64,000 nucleotides of DNA from Pecten maximus. Its lineage: Eukaryota. Position numbers and translations under genes: made by a program. This document shows, in pieces, positions 48,701-57,900 of this stretch. The stretch covers positions 22,134,001 through 22,198,000 of the forward strand of contig NC_047018.1 in assembly GCF_902652985.1 (NCBI RefSeq). The letters run 5' to 3'. The notes beneath the pieces were generated by a model. It searched no databases. It was not told the DNA's origin and worked only from the letters and a program-made list of their open reading frames with translations. Within the stretch, counting starts at the first letter, position 1, and each line of letters opens with the position of its first letter.

Positions 48701-49745
48701 AGAAATGCCTGTCAAACCAGTATTTGAGTAGACTATTCTTTTTAAAAATCGCATCTTTTTTTCTTTTCTTTTTTTCTTCTTCTTCTTTCTTTCCTATTTT
48801 TTCATGGTTTTCTCGTATTGAAAGTGTTCACTCCATGACCCTTTTGAAATGAATGATACGCACGTAGCCTAACATGTTATTATTAGAATATCCGTACTTA
48901 GTAAGCCCGTGTGTTTGACAGTTGTATGGTAGCGGTAGGAAGAATGAGGCGGATTTCCTGTTCATAGTGTAAGCGAATGTCCCTAACCTGCCTACCACCC
49001 CCGTCCCTACTTAAACCGAAAGTACCACAGTAGTCCGTTATTGTCTTATCTAGTTTTATTTTAAGTTTGAGTGACATAGATAAACAATTATGTTATTATG
49101 TTACAGTGTCGTTAATTTCCGTCATTCAACAATACACATGTACGCAGACTGTATTTTGGACGCAGTAGGCCCACTTTCATTTTTTTTTTTTGTAAAATTT
49201 AGCAGTGGTGAACAGCTACTGTTCAGTTAGCTGAAGATATATGTTATATACACTTTTACGCAGATTTGAAAAATAGAAGCTGTTCCATAGCATTGCAGAT
49301 CAATTACGTATTCTAACTGAATAACCATTGATTGGTTTCTGTATTGACTGGCCGCATACGATGCGACTAGCGTTCTCTTTCAATAGGCCAAAACCACATT
49401 AATATAAATGTTATATATCACTTAAATAAATTATTGCTGGTTAAATATGTATGTTGATACACCTTCCAAAATGTGTATTTGTATTATTTGAATATGTGTG
49501 AAAGAAATAACGGGCGGGAGGGATGAGCGAACGGACGAACAGAGAGGCGGATAAATAGACAGAAATGGCTGTTAGTTGACAGACCATCATAGAGACAGAA
49601 ACGCAAACAGAAAAAGTCCGGATAAATCGGAAGAGTCTGTGTGGGGCAAAACTCAGATGCAGTAAAAATGTAAACAATACTTACACGAGCCCTTCATTAA
49701 ATACAAGAAATAACTGAATACGAATGTGTTCCATTTGTAATGCAT
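18757..49745 (-). CDS. Multi-exon gene: type I membrane protein, about 1,700 aa, with 4 EGF-like, 4 kringle and 19 CCP/sushi domains
   Basis: 31 exons with GT-AG boundaries join in one frame: SP-[EGF-K-CCP2]-[EGF-K-CCP2]-[EGF-K-CCP4]-[EGF-K-CCP11]-TM-tail. The first and last exons are less certain than the domain exons. Confidence 0.88.
19505..19563 (-). CDS. Receptor exon: cytoplasmic juxtamembrane [20 protein letters not shown]
   Basis: TTCAG acceptor, GTAAGT donor, phase 2 to 1, basic stop-transfer residues. Confidence 0.8.
19872..20001 (-). CDS. Receptor exon: transmembrane helix [23 protein letters not shown]
   Basis: TTATTTTAG acceptor, AG|GTAAGG donor, 23-residue hydrophobic stretch followed by Arg. 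Confidence 0.88.
20221..20409 (-). CDS. Receptor exon: CCP19
   Basis: C-P-L-P…C…C…W…P-A-C pattern, phase 1-1. The donor GTGAAG is weak. Confidence 0.85.
20556..22702. repeat. 49-bp intronic minisatellite (about 39 units), CTAGGTGTTCCAGGGGTACGCTTCATCGACAACGCCCACTAGGTTATAA
   Basis: Direct 49-bp periodicity, interrupted by a SINE at 21210-21414. Confidence 0.97.
21210..21414 (+). mobile_element. tRNA-derived SINE with V-SINE-type core
   Basis: Pol III A box TGGCCGAGTGG (21211-21221), B box GTTCGAAAC (21273-21281), core GGTTTTTCTCCGGGTACTCCGGCTTTCCTCC (21321-21351), tail GCTGTTAATAGGACGTTAAACAAAAACAA. Confidence 0.88.
22925..23101 (-). CDS. Receptor exon: CCP18
   Basis: ISCAPP…IKCKDGFEL…QCGLDGTW…C, 177 nt, phase 1-1. 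Confidence 0.9.
23540..23722 (-). CDS. Receptor exon: CCP17
   Basis: MCALP…WCRPG…[15 protein letters not shown], 183 nt, phase 1-1. Confidence 0.9.
24088..24270 (-). CDS. Receptor exon: CCP16 (not in the ORF track)
   Basis: Hand translation LSCQVPTPP…[34 protein letters not shown] acceptor, GTAAGT donor. Confidence 0.9.
24368..24550 (-). CDS. Receptor exon: CCP15
   Basis: SCSSPVLP…ICAEGY…[15 protein letters not shown], 183 nt. Confidence 0.9.
24950..25385. repeat. Degenerate tandem repeat of about 50 bp with a 99-bp dimeric duplication
   Basis: TGGAGCAATGAAATGAGTAATACGGAAGTAGGG recurs 99 bp apart (25031 and 25130), and AGTAATACGGAA…AGAATGAA…TTCCCT sub-units recur. Confidence 0.85.
26215..26397 (-). 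CDS. Receptor exon: CCP14
   Basis: TCSPPDMP…NCVSGMEL…TCLVNGSWS…C, 183 nt. Confidence 0.9.
27061..27240 (-). CDS. Receptor exon: CCP13
   Basis: KCPLPTL…LCKRGF…[15 protein letters not shown], 180 nt, GTGAGT donor. Confidence 0.9.
27235..27745 (-). repeat. 43-bp minisatellite (11-12 units) derived from the 3' splice site of the CCP13 exon
   Basis: The minus-strand unit reads CCTAATAAAACATATATGTGGCTTGTTTTCATTCCAG|GCGCTA. The last unit is the real acceptor at 27241. Confidence 0.92.
28485..31432 (-). mobile_element. 5'-truncated non-LTR retrotransposon (CR1/L2 group) with 13-bp TSD
   Basis: TATTAATACCCTC at 28472-28484 and 31433-31445. 3' tail AATAAAATGTG(TTGAAA)n. 3' UTR of about 830 bp. No endonuclease domain or ORF1. 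Confidence 0.93.
29312..31432 (-). CDS. LINE ORF2 fragment: reverse transcriptase plus C-terminal Cys/His motif
   Basis: Motifs [39 protein letters not shown], and CxC…E…HFMFECP. No internal stops. Confidence 0.95.
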   Translation of the reverse strand, partial: AKSVMNCNNISNSLPPLCDNNTVIHHPFDKAECLNNYFCSISTSTPNLEPPDPPDNNFPFRIENITITEQDIKDQLLTLNDKKPPGPDNIIPKIIKQLTPSLIHPLTLLCNKTLESGIIPYSWKTANINAIYKGKGSNSDVSNYRPISITPCFSKIIEKVIFKYLFNYMKDCDIITKHQSGFLPKDSTINQLLEIYDTIVSNLDKNNEIRFIFCDISKAFDRVWHEGLLYKLETYGIKGKVLQWFKNYLSDRKQRVSTEGFYSTFKNINAGVPQGSVLGPFLFLIYINDITDCVQSKIKLFADDTSLYEIINDNHIEIAGKLTNDLDNIDTWAKNWDINFNPLKTESVLFSRKREIINPDILFANDTINCVLDHKHLGLTFSSDGKWNHHITNIHDKAYKRMNILRLLKHKVDRKSLLTIYISYIRPILEYGDVIWDNCTNQNKNYLESIQVEALRIITGLRRGTSHDKLYTETGIETLECRRKNHKLILMYKILNKETPKYLADIVEQHINDNTCTHVRYPLRNNRLFNPPFCRTENYSNSFFPSTLNELNQLDREVLNASSLNKFKTLIKSTGNNNNNNNNILEITDTFKYYGLRKYNLLLCQLRNKASNLNSDLHKDHLAESAACACNYEDENIHHFMFECPIFIDARQLLIQNLAQINHLDDHNHYNASTLLKGCSLCNTNVNINILKFVTQYIQETGRFNI
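32256..32432 (-). CDS. Receptor exon: CCP12
   Basis: SCSLPDVP…VCRG…[15 protein letters not shown], 177 nt. The conserved Trp is replaced by Phe. Confidence 0.88.
32689..32868 (-). CDS. Receptor exon: CCP11
   Basis: MCPKP…KCINQY…[15 protein letters not shown], 180 nt. Confidence 0.9.
33096..33281 (-). CDS. Receptor exon: CCP10
   Basis: RCKHQPLP…[10 protein letters not shown]…TC…W…RC, 186 nt. Confidence 0.9.
33550..33744 (-). CDS. Receptor exon: CCP9 (post-kringle type)
   Basis: QCPPPVLP…QCGEG…[15 protein letters not shown], 195 nt. Confidence 0.9.
34137..34373 (-). CDS. Receptor exon: kringle 4
   Basis: YRG…CQEW…[16 protein letters not shown]…WEICPVPLC, six Cys, 237 nt. Confidence 0.93.
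34659..34763 (-). CDS. Receptor exon: EGF-like module 4
   Basis: Hand translation [34 protein letters not shown], 105 nt, GTGAGT donor. Confidence 0.88.
34826..35495. mobile_element. Helentron-type (HINE-like) non-autonomous element
   Basis: End AACAAG…GGTCACTTGAG. The other end, GGTCACTCGAGACTTCGTCTCAGGTGA…AAAAA, has a short hairpin, a sub-terminal inverted repeat and an adjacent GACGGAC motif. Internal degenerate tandem units. Confidence 0.65.
35600..35779 (-). CDS. Receptor exon: CCP8
   Basis: VCPVP…[10 protein letters not shown]…[15 protein letters not shown], 180 nt. Confidence 0.92.
36124..36303 (-). CDS. Receptor exon: CCP7 (not in the ORF track)
   Basis: Hand translation VRCPELRP…[31 protein letters not shown], 180 nt. 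Confidence 0.9.
36594..36776 (-). CDS. Receptor exon: CCP6
   Basis: FCASPAL…ACDQGF…[15 protein letters not shown], 183 nt. Confidence 0.9.
37074..37259 (-). CDS. Receptor exon: CCP5 (post-kringle type, not in the ORF track)
   Basis: Hand translation [58 protein letters not shown], 186 nt. Confidence 0.87.
37650..37874 (-). CDS. Receptor exon: kringle 3
   Basis: [12 protein letters not shown]…CQEW…[14 protein letters not shown]…WEVCPVPRC, 225 nt. Confidence 0.93.
38134..38238 (-). CDS. Receptor exon: EGF-like module 3
   Basis: [34 protein letters not shown], 105 nt, GTAAGT donor. Confidence 0.87.
38603..38788 (-). CDS. Receptor exon: CCP4
   Basis: HCVRPTL…QCPEGF…[15 protein letters not shown], 186 nt. 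Confidence 0.9.
39535..39668. repeat. Short tandem repeat of about 28-30 bp, about 4 units (TTAATGCGCAGTAGACAACTCATCATCT)
   Basis: GTAGACAACTCATCATCTTTA occurs four times. Confidence 0.85.
40739..40915 (-). CDS. Receptor exon: CCP3 (post-kringle type)
   Basis: [11 protein letters not shown]…RCAD…[14 protein letters not shown], 177 nt. Confidence 0.88.
41070..41158 (-). pseudogene. Decayed partial duplicate of the kringle-2 exon within the downstream intron
   Basis: GGAGATTGGCTC(C/T)TCCA(A/G)TTCTGACAA…CATTGGCCGTCCT…ATTCCTCTGTAATCAGA aligns with 41417-41505, with scattered substitutions. Confidence 0.8.
41288..41524 (-). CDS. Receptor exon: kringle 2
   Basis: [13 protein letters not shown]…CQNW…[16 protein letters not shown]…WQQCNVPKC, 237 nt. 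Confidence 0.93.
42543..42650 (-). CDS. Receptor exon: EGF-like module 2
   Basis: [35 protein letters not shown], 108 nt, GTAAGT donor. Confidence 0.87.
43116..43310 (-). CDS. Receptor exon: CCP2
   Basis: FCPRPAL…RCLPGF…[15 protein letters not shown], 195 nt. Confidence 0.9.
43995..44183 (-). CDS. Receptor exon: CCP1 (post-kringle type)
   Basis: LCPVPPFP…FFSGTSL…SCG…WCQSNKTW…GC, 189 nt. Confidence 0.87.
44655..44888 (-). CDS. Receptor exon: kringle 1
   Basis: GCFW…YRG…CQQW…[16 protein letters not shown]…WEVCDVPTC, 234 nt. Confidence 0.93.
45160..45552. repeat. 17-bp minisatellite (TGTTTATATCGTATCTC), about 23 units
   Basis: CTGTTT recurs every 17 bp (e.g. 45252, 45269, 45286). Confidence 0.93.
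45669..45773 (-). CDS. Receptor exon: EGF-like module 1
   Basis: [34 protein letters not shown], 105 nt. TTTCCACAG acceptor, GTAAGT donor. Confidence 0.87.
47270..47345 (+). mobile_element. Degenerate tRNA-like (SINE-head or pseudo-tRNA) sequence
   Basis: A-box-like TAGCTTGATCGG and B-box-like GTTTCGATC at tRNA spacing. The acceptor and T stems do not pair well. Confidence 0.4.
49685..49745 (-). CDS. Receptor first coding exon: signal peptide [20 protein letters not shown]
   Basis: 61 nt ending in phase 1 at a GTAAGT donor. It joins EGF1 to give …KGSYG|GTC, a plausible cleavage site. TATAAG at about 49893-49898 upstream. Confidence 0.7.
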
Positions 49746-51445
49746 CCCTGTGTCGCTGCAGGACTACTGTCAGACAGTGGGCCGTCATGATTAACTAGGG
49801 GGACTGTAACCCCACACTGAAGTGGCATCCACTTAACTAACCATCTATCATGTTATGTAAATTGGGGGATGTATAGCGGCTAAACTCTCTTTCTTATACG
49901 TCTCAAGTCCATGTTGCCTGTGTTCATGATAATTATATAATTATAACAAGAAACGTTACACTGCCACTCTTCAGCTACTATAAAACAGGGATTGTATTTG
50001 TACAAGTAAGAAATATCATATTTTAATCCTCGTTATATTGCCACCAATTCATCAAGCTAAGTTAATTTTGACCTATTATATGACTTTTCTAAATATGACG
50101 ATAGAGTTAGGGATATCTATGAGAGAATCGTAAAAATGTTTTCAGTCAGCGAGGTTGTCGATGAATAGAGGGAGAAGCATTACAGGCAGATTTACTGTGT
50201 ATAAATGAGTAATTGGGTATGTCATGTCGATGCTCCCCCAAATATTTTAGACGTTTGATTCATCGTAAACTATCATTTATTTTGAACAGTCTGATGAACA
50301 ATGGCAATCATAAATGTTGTCATTTTCATCTATCAGAGTTACTTCCCTTCCTTTCACTCCGTCAGTTGGAAGAGCGATAAGGTTGACTGTCAATGAGTAC
50401 CGATAATGCATTGTTGTCAGAACATACGCATATTTAATCATGTGACTATCGTACCACTCAATCCAGACTTTTACATTTCGTTCGATCTATTTTGATTTTC
50501 CTCAGTCACCTTCTCCATAACCATATCGACACTTTAGGCAATTGGCAACAGCTGTATGATGCGGTTTGATTCATTAATGGCCGTACTGTATCTGACTTGA
50601 TTTGTATTGAAAGTTGCTAATATCTTGTGTGTCTTTAGTGCAGCCTTGTTGATCGATTCCAATGCGCCGCCAATCTTCGATATGTTTTCTTAATGGTAGA
50701 GAAGGTTATTTTTGGTGACCAAATCACTTCTTATATATGCTTTATATTTAAAACGCCTAGCGCGAACATTTAATATGGTATACAACCAGTACAGGTTCTC
50801 CATAAACATATTTAAATATACTGTGTCTCACAACAATGCATAAAATGACACCCAAAGTATAAAAAAAATGTCTAATAAAAACCCAACAAACACTTAATAA
50901 ACTAATTGACTGACTATAGAGGCGAAAGGTGATACAATTTCTTCGAAATGCATCTGATTATTTATTCACTATAGATTCGAAATATACAAATATAAGGTAA
51001 TACGTCTTTTGGAGGTTGATAATAGCGTAAAGTATATGTGTATGTAATCGGTATATTGTTTAATACATTCTTTTTCTTAAGCATTGAACTGTTACCAAAT
51101 GGTAGTATACAGTCGACATGAATACAATTTAGGTGACAGATAAATAGAATGTCGGCCGTTAGGGTTGGCAAAATTTTAATAAACGTTATTTCTTATTGCA
51201 AAAGTAGAGCATTTGCCTCAAATTCCCACCGTTATAGACAAGACCATGCTGTTTCTCTTCTTTCTATTCTTTGCACATTCGAGGCAAATCTTGTAATATT
51301 TCTTTAAAAGGTCATGTACTGTACAGTGCGGGCATGTATACTGAAAAATAACATAAAATTGAATGGAAACCATATACTCATTGACGGAATAACGATAATT
51401 GCACGTCCCAACTTCCTATCAATCCAAAATATATCTATGCATGCA

Positions 51446-51933
51446 TATGGCAAGCCAAGTTGTCATTTATTCGCGGAGCAATATTGATCCAGTATTTTAC
51501 CAAATTATATAAGATATCTTATATATTATATAAGATTTATTATATGTTTATAAGATATCTTATATGTTTATAAGATATCTTATAGTTTATGAGATATCTT
51601 ATTTAAAGTTTATAAGATATCTTATATAATATATGAGATATCTCATAAAAGATATATATAAGATATCTCATTTAATTGTCTTTATAAGATATCTTATATA
51701 AGATATAAGATATTTTATATACTTCATAAGATACCTTATATCTTTTATGAGATATCTTATATAGTATATAAGATATCTTATAAGAAAAAATATATAAGAT
51801 ATCTCATAAAAGTTATAAGATATCTTATAAAGTATATAAGATATCTTATAAAGTTTATAAGATATCTTATATAATTTGGGTAATGCCTGGATCAACGTTG
51901 CTCCGTGAATAAATGACAACTTGACTTGCCATA
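51446..51933. mobile_element. MITE-like element with long TIRs, filled with the palindrome TATAAGATATCTTATA
   Basis: Left TATGGCAAGCCAAGTTGTCATTTATTC…TTGATCCAG pairs with right CTGGATCAA…GAATAAATGACAACTTGACTTGCCATA. TA at both ends. Confidence 0.88.
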
Positions 51934-52059
51934 TATGCAAGTGGATTTTTCAATCAATGTTTCATGTCTACAAAAATCGTATCCTACCCATAACAGAGAT
52001 ATTGATATTGTATAATGGCCGTGTCTGTATTGCATACTAGAATGAACTTATTCGCATGC

Positions 52060-52265
52060 ACTGTAGACCTAGACGGCCGGGGTTAGATTCCCCGACCGTA
52101 CGTGAAAATTTATGGTCACCTGCCCCACTATGTCGGTTTTCGTCCGGACTCCGTTTCCCCCAACACTAAGACTCCTAGCACGCGAGGTCCGGGCAAAGCG
52201 TGATTAATTTAAGTTGACATAACCTGTTTCACAATTGTTGTAACAATACATTTGTTGATAATAAA
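52060..52265 (+). mobile_element. Degenerate V-core SINE
   Basis: B-box-like GGTTAGATTCCC followed by GGTTTTCGTCCGGACTCCGTTTCCCCCAACA, a decayed version of the core at 21321-21351. Confidence 0.5.
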
Positions 52266-52739
52266 GATTACGACGATGAGGAATAACGTTTATGAAATGA
52301 TTTGCAAACATTACTGCAAGTACACCGCAAATAAATTTTGCAAGACACAGAATGTAAAATATAATATCATAAGTGAACTACTTGGAGAAGTATATCAACA
52401 TTGATGTGAAATCAATAAAAAACACAACAAAACATATGTCCTTTAACCTACATGTTCGGAAGTATAATTGTGGTCTGAGGCCATATGTGACATCCGCTTG
52501 CAGCGAAGTTTGCTGGTTAAACAATGGTGGTGTGACACCTTAATCGTATGATCCCTCCAAATATGATTGTTATTTCAACCATCATTCATTCTATAAATAG
52601 TACAAGCAAATAAACAAATATTTGTTTACGTGTATAACTGGTTTGTCATCGGTCATCTCACAACTCAATCATACTTTGTATCCAAACAATGATTTTATCC
52701 GGTGCCTATTTAATATTTTCTCCCTATACTAAAGTATTT

Positions 52740-52983
52740 CCGCTTCCGGTGACTACCGGCAGCTGACGAGCGAGCTGTCATTTGTCACCTTTGATCAATC
52801 ACTGTTAGCCACGTTGCATGTTGAAACAAAACACTGTTTGCACCGGATGATAACGATTATATCTAACACGTGTAATATACATTGAACCGGAAGAGAGATA
52901 TACCCCAGGAACAGAGATCTCCTGTGTATTTATAGACAAAGAAAGAGAAGATTCAGCTGAGAAAATTCGATATCCAAAGACAG
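52740..52983 (+). promoter_or_regulatory. Putative promoter and non-coding first exon of the CREC-family gene
   Basis: CpG-richer patch with two opposed ETS-type CCGGAAG motifs (about 52743 and 52887) and a donor CAG|GTTTGT at 52983/52984. The acceptor at 54790 lies 2 nt before the ATG, implying an upstream UTR exon. Confidence 0.5.
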
Positions 52984-54792
52984 GTTTGTTATTTCTTAAA
53001 CACTGCATAACCGAATGACTTTCTTTGATGTACTTTCGTTTCTTGTATGTTTTATATTGTGGTGTGCAGATCTGACACAACTGCTGTGCTGATTATATAT
53101 AATTAGTATTGACCTTAGGCCTACACATTCCAGTCTAGTCCTGCAGCTTAGGTCTAGGTATATAAAAGTTAACTCTACATTTTCTGCACACACTGTAAGC
53201 TTAATCATCCTACAGTAATCGTAATGATTAACATATATATAGATATGAGTGTTACTTTGTGTTTGTGTGTGGATGAACAATCAATCTGTGTAAGTCTCTG
53301 TCATGTTCCCACTTTTTAATTTTCAACTTTATCATGACTGCCATTTTGGTAATCACGTGATTGCAAAAGAAAAAGTAAAAATGCTTGAAGTCATGTGATA
53401 CTAGAGATCAATTGTGTGTTTTGACTTATTAGGAGTGCATACATAGCAATGTCTAAACACCTGTTAATCTAATTCAAGGGGCTTTAGCTGCTGAAACTGG
53501 CATGGAAAGACAAGGGTACCGATAGAATCGCTAATATTTCTTTACTGACCATTTGTGACACCTTCTTGAGATTGATATAATGAAACCTCAGACACCCATT
53601 TTCATAAAACATAACGGTTTACCTTTTGAAGGCAGCAAATCTGTCAAGGTAGATTGGTATCAACACGGAAATTCGCCTTGATTTTTAAAAGAAAAAGAAC
53701 TCTTTTCTACAATTATGAAGCCGAGGACCTAATCATAAAAATTAAGAGTGAATGTTTTTGAATTGAATTGTAAGATACACTTTTTTTATAGCTTAATATT
53801 TAAATCAATATAGGAATATGGTAAAGATCTAAGCCTGGGCTAGCCACTTGAGGGTTTGAACAGCCTAGAGCATAGCAGGATTTAACCTTTGTTTAATTTG
53901 TTGGAACACCTGTGTCGTTAGCAATCAATCATTATTGTATTCAAGAGATACTGTTTAACTTGACACGCCAGAAGTGACACAGACAAGATCAATATATAGG
54001 ACTATATACCTCACAGACGTACTCTACCTTACACTAGTAGTCCAACACCAGACAAATCTGTCAAAATGTCTAATGTAATGTCATTTCCACACAATTCAAT
54101 GTATACAGGTGCATTGCTCACACACAAACATTTAATCTTAATGTCCTGGCTCTTCTGTTATCTTTACTAATTCTGACACTTAGGTGTGAAATAGCAGTCT
54201 TTTAATATAAAGGATTATATATATTGTTATTCATGTACATTTATGTAATACAAATAGGTATATTGAAATCATAAACATATGTAGTCTTTGCTAGGGTTCA
54301 TAGCTAGCAACATTTCATTCTATAATTCATTGAGGGCTGAATCATTCAAAGGGAAATTTCCACAAGCTTAGGATAGTTAGGAACTTTATCATAGCGTCAA
54401 GACAGTGTTTGATTTTGTTAGACATGTCTTCAGGTTTTATAATTGACTGCATCCGACATGAAAAAATCATTGTCAGATATTAAAAGTCATTTTTAAGTGT
54501 GATTTCAATATACTGTATTTATCTGCAGGTCACCCCTGCCCACAAACAAGCCCCACTTTTTTCACAGAATCATCAATTCTTAAATGGTTCTAAAGTAAGC
54601 CCTCCCCAAAATTTTATACTGAAAATTCTGCACAAGTAAAGGAGGATATCAGTTATTTTTTCTGCATCTCCATTGGCTGTCTGTTACAATGTTTAAAAAG
54701 GCTCTTGACTCAATGATTGAGGACCTAAGATTTATATCAAGACTTCACTGTACAACAGTAACTACAGTAGTTTATTATTTTAACTTTCAGTC

Positions 54793-54955
54793 ATGAAGTT
54801 GCTGTGTTATACCGTCCTGTTATTGGCCTTCTGTCATTGGAGCTGTGGAGATCAGGAGCATTCCCATCACGGCAGTCACCATGCTCAGTCTGATTCTCAC
54901 CATTTTGATGAGAACGGAGAGCACAATGCCCATTTCGACCACGAAGCAATCTTGG
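54793..54955 (+). CDS. CREC gene coding exon 1 (signal peptide, His-rich segment)
   Basis: MKLLCYTVLLLAFCHWSCG…HFDHEAILG, donor G|GTTTGT. Confidence 0.9.
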
Positions 54956-57900
54956 GTTTGTTTATTGATTACATTGTAGACTGGATGTATATTAATGAAG
55001 AGATCATGATAATTAGATAAATACATGAACAATAGATTACATAGATATTACATTAGATATACATTTGTATATATGCATGAACATAATATTTGATAAATAC
55101 CTTTACATGATATTAGATAAGTACATTTACATTTAAATATATAAATTAGATAAATATACTTACCCAGGTACATTATATTAAATAAATGCATTTACATTAT
55201 ATTATATAAATACATTTACATTATATTCCTTTTTATATAATACATATTGGTTTCTATGTAACACATATTCCTTTCTATGTAACTCACATTTTATTTTTTT
55301 GTGTAATGTATTGCTATGTAGAACTACAGAATTTAGAGTAAATTATACTGCCATAATTGTTATTTTCAATAATATTGAAATTCACCATACAGTGAACATA
55401 GAAACAACACAGAATATATTGGTCATGCATAATGTTTATCTACTATTGAGTATATATCTTAGCATGAGGAACTGGTCCACTAGTTCTAGTCCAAGGTAAA
55501 GTGATATACATATATACAATGTAAGACAAGCTCCTTATACAGTACTCTTGTTTTAGCTTTGGTCTATAATGTCTTTTTTGACACACTATATACATGTATG
55601 TCTATATAAGTCCATATTTCTTCATGGCTATGTTTCAAAAAAGCATTTTCTACATTTATTATCCGTCCACAGGTTTTGATAATCAATTGACCATTTTGTA
55701 CTTTGTTTTTTGCAGGATCAAAGGAACTGGAAGAAGAATTTGATACACTAGCCCCCGAGGAGGCTCAGAGGAGGCTTCGACTGCTGTACAAACAAATGGA
55801 TGAGGATAAAGATTCATTTGTCACTGAAGAAGAACTCATGAAGTGGGTCATGGGTTCCTTTAAGTAAGTCCTTGGCTAGTCTATTGTGTAGACCATGCTC
55901 TGTTAACTTGGTCTTTGTCAATTATGAAGATTTTTCTATGAATCAATCAAAGCTAATGCCAAAAAGGATTCCATGTAAAGGGTAGGGTGGTGTCAAATCT
56001 ATACAGCCAAAAAAACATCATCATCCAAGGTCAATGTCATACACAGCTTGACCGATTGATGACTGCAATAACTGTTGGGGCCAGTCACAGGCCACATTAT
56101 CATTAAGATACATTCACCTTTTAATATTTCAAAATTATGAAACATGCTCTAAATGAAACAGCACATTGATGACTGCATTAACTGTACGTTGGGGCCACAT
56201 TGCCATTACACTCGCCTTTTAATATTTCCATTATTATCTGTTGTATTCAGAGCATGTTTTATAATTTTATCAGGTAGCACATGAAAATTGTTCTGACAGC
56301 TTCCATTGCATGGTCATAAAATAAAGGTGACAAACTTTGGTGTCTTAGCTTTTCTCTTCTATCTAAATGACCTGCCCTCATTCTTCCTAGCATCTCTCTT
56401 GATACTACCTCACATGAGGCCTTTAGTTGAGTATTCACGTCTGTCTTGATACTACCTCACATTTGGCCTTTAGTCGAGTATACACTTCTTTGAGGAAGGC
56501 TTTAGGTTTTGTTCCCTGGCCAAGACATACCAACAGGTAGTGTCTATTCCTACCTAATGCTCAGCATTTTAGGAGTGGGAAGACTGATCCTGTTGGATGT
56601 CACTTACAGTATGGTCCAGTGAGGAATACAGTCAACATCAGTTTCACGCTATTACAATGAGACAAACACAAATGTGCTGCAGCCTCCCAAAACACAAACA
56701 CATACACTACATGTATTTATCACACGGCTAAGGGAGGCCATCCTTAATAACTATAGCCGTTGATATAATGTTAAACGATACAAACCAATCATAATTTTGT
56801 CTTGGTTTTCAGGAAGCTTGATGCAGAAGACTCTTTGGAAGAATTTGATAAGCAAGATAAAGACACAGATGGGAAGTTGACATGGCATGAGTACATTGGA
56901 GAAGTGTATGGTTACAACCCAGAGGATATGGAAGACTTCCACAAACTCACTGATGAGGACCTGGACGACTTTAATAAGGTAGCTTTACACTGTATAACTT
57001 CCTAGATATAGGAAATATGAAATGTGCAAAGGTTAGCTCCCTTGCCTGAGGGTCACAGGGGTTAGATGTGTAAAAACTCTTTTAAACACCTTCCTCTGAA
57101 GATACAAAAGGTGCAGGATTATAATAGTTTGCCAAGATGATGTTGAAATGAAGGCAATCAAATTAGTTTCAATGAATGACCTTTGTAAATCATTAGTCAC
57201 AGACATCAAACATGCTTCAATATTGAATTATTTGTTTATGAATATGGTTTGGTTATCATAATTTTCACATGCGAGTTACTTTGGTTAAAACATGGCACGT
57301 CCTTAAATGATCCTGACTGTTAATGGGACAATAAACCATGACATCTGGCCCATGTATGTTAATTAAGCCTATCCCTGTCTGTTGTAGTCAGTAGCAACAC
57401 TAACATATCCTGTCTCCTTATCCCATCCTATCTCCTTATCCCACAATAAGCTTTCCCTCTACTTTAACCTCAAAATTTATATGATGTCCCCTACACAGTC
57501 ATATACAGGATAAGTATAGTGATATAATTTTGAAGAAAGGGAATTTAATTTGAACTAAACTGATGTGGACACGTTTCAGGTGGTATCGGAGGACCAAGAA
57601 AAATTCAAAATTGCTGACTTAAACAAAGACGAGGTATTAGATGCGGAAGAATACAGAGCTTTCACGCATCCATATGACTATGAACACATGCACGAGATTG
57701 AACTCACCAGAGCACAGAAGGACTACGACAAGGATGGCGATGGCTACATATCAAAACTAGAATTTGTGAAAAAAGGTTTGTAAACATGTATAGTCCATGA
57801 TATACTGGTTTCTTAATAGAGGTTCACTTAAAGTATTACCATATTATAAAAATAACTGGAATTACATATTATTTAGAGTCTACATATTGTATATTACAAA

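Noticed and set aside
51668-51940. 90-aa ORF with YKISY/IRYL repeats
   Set aside because: It is the translation of the palindromic motif array in the MITE.
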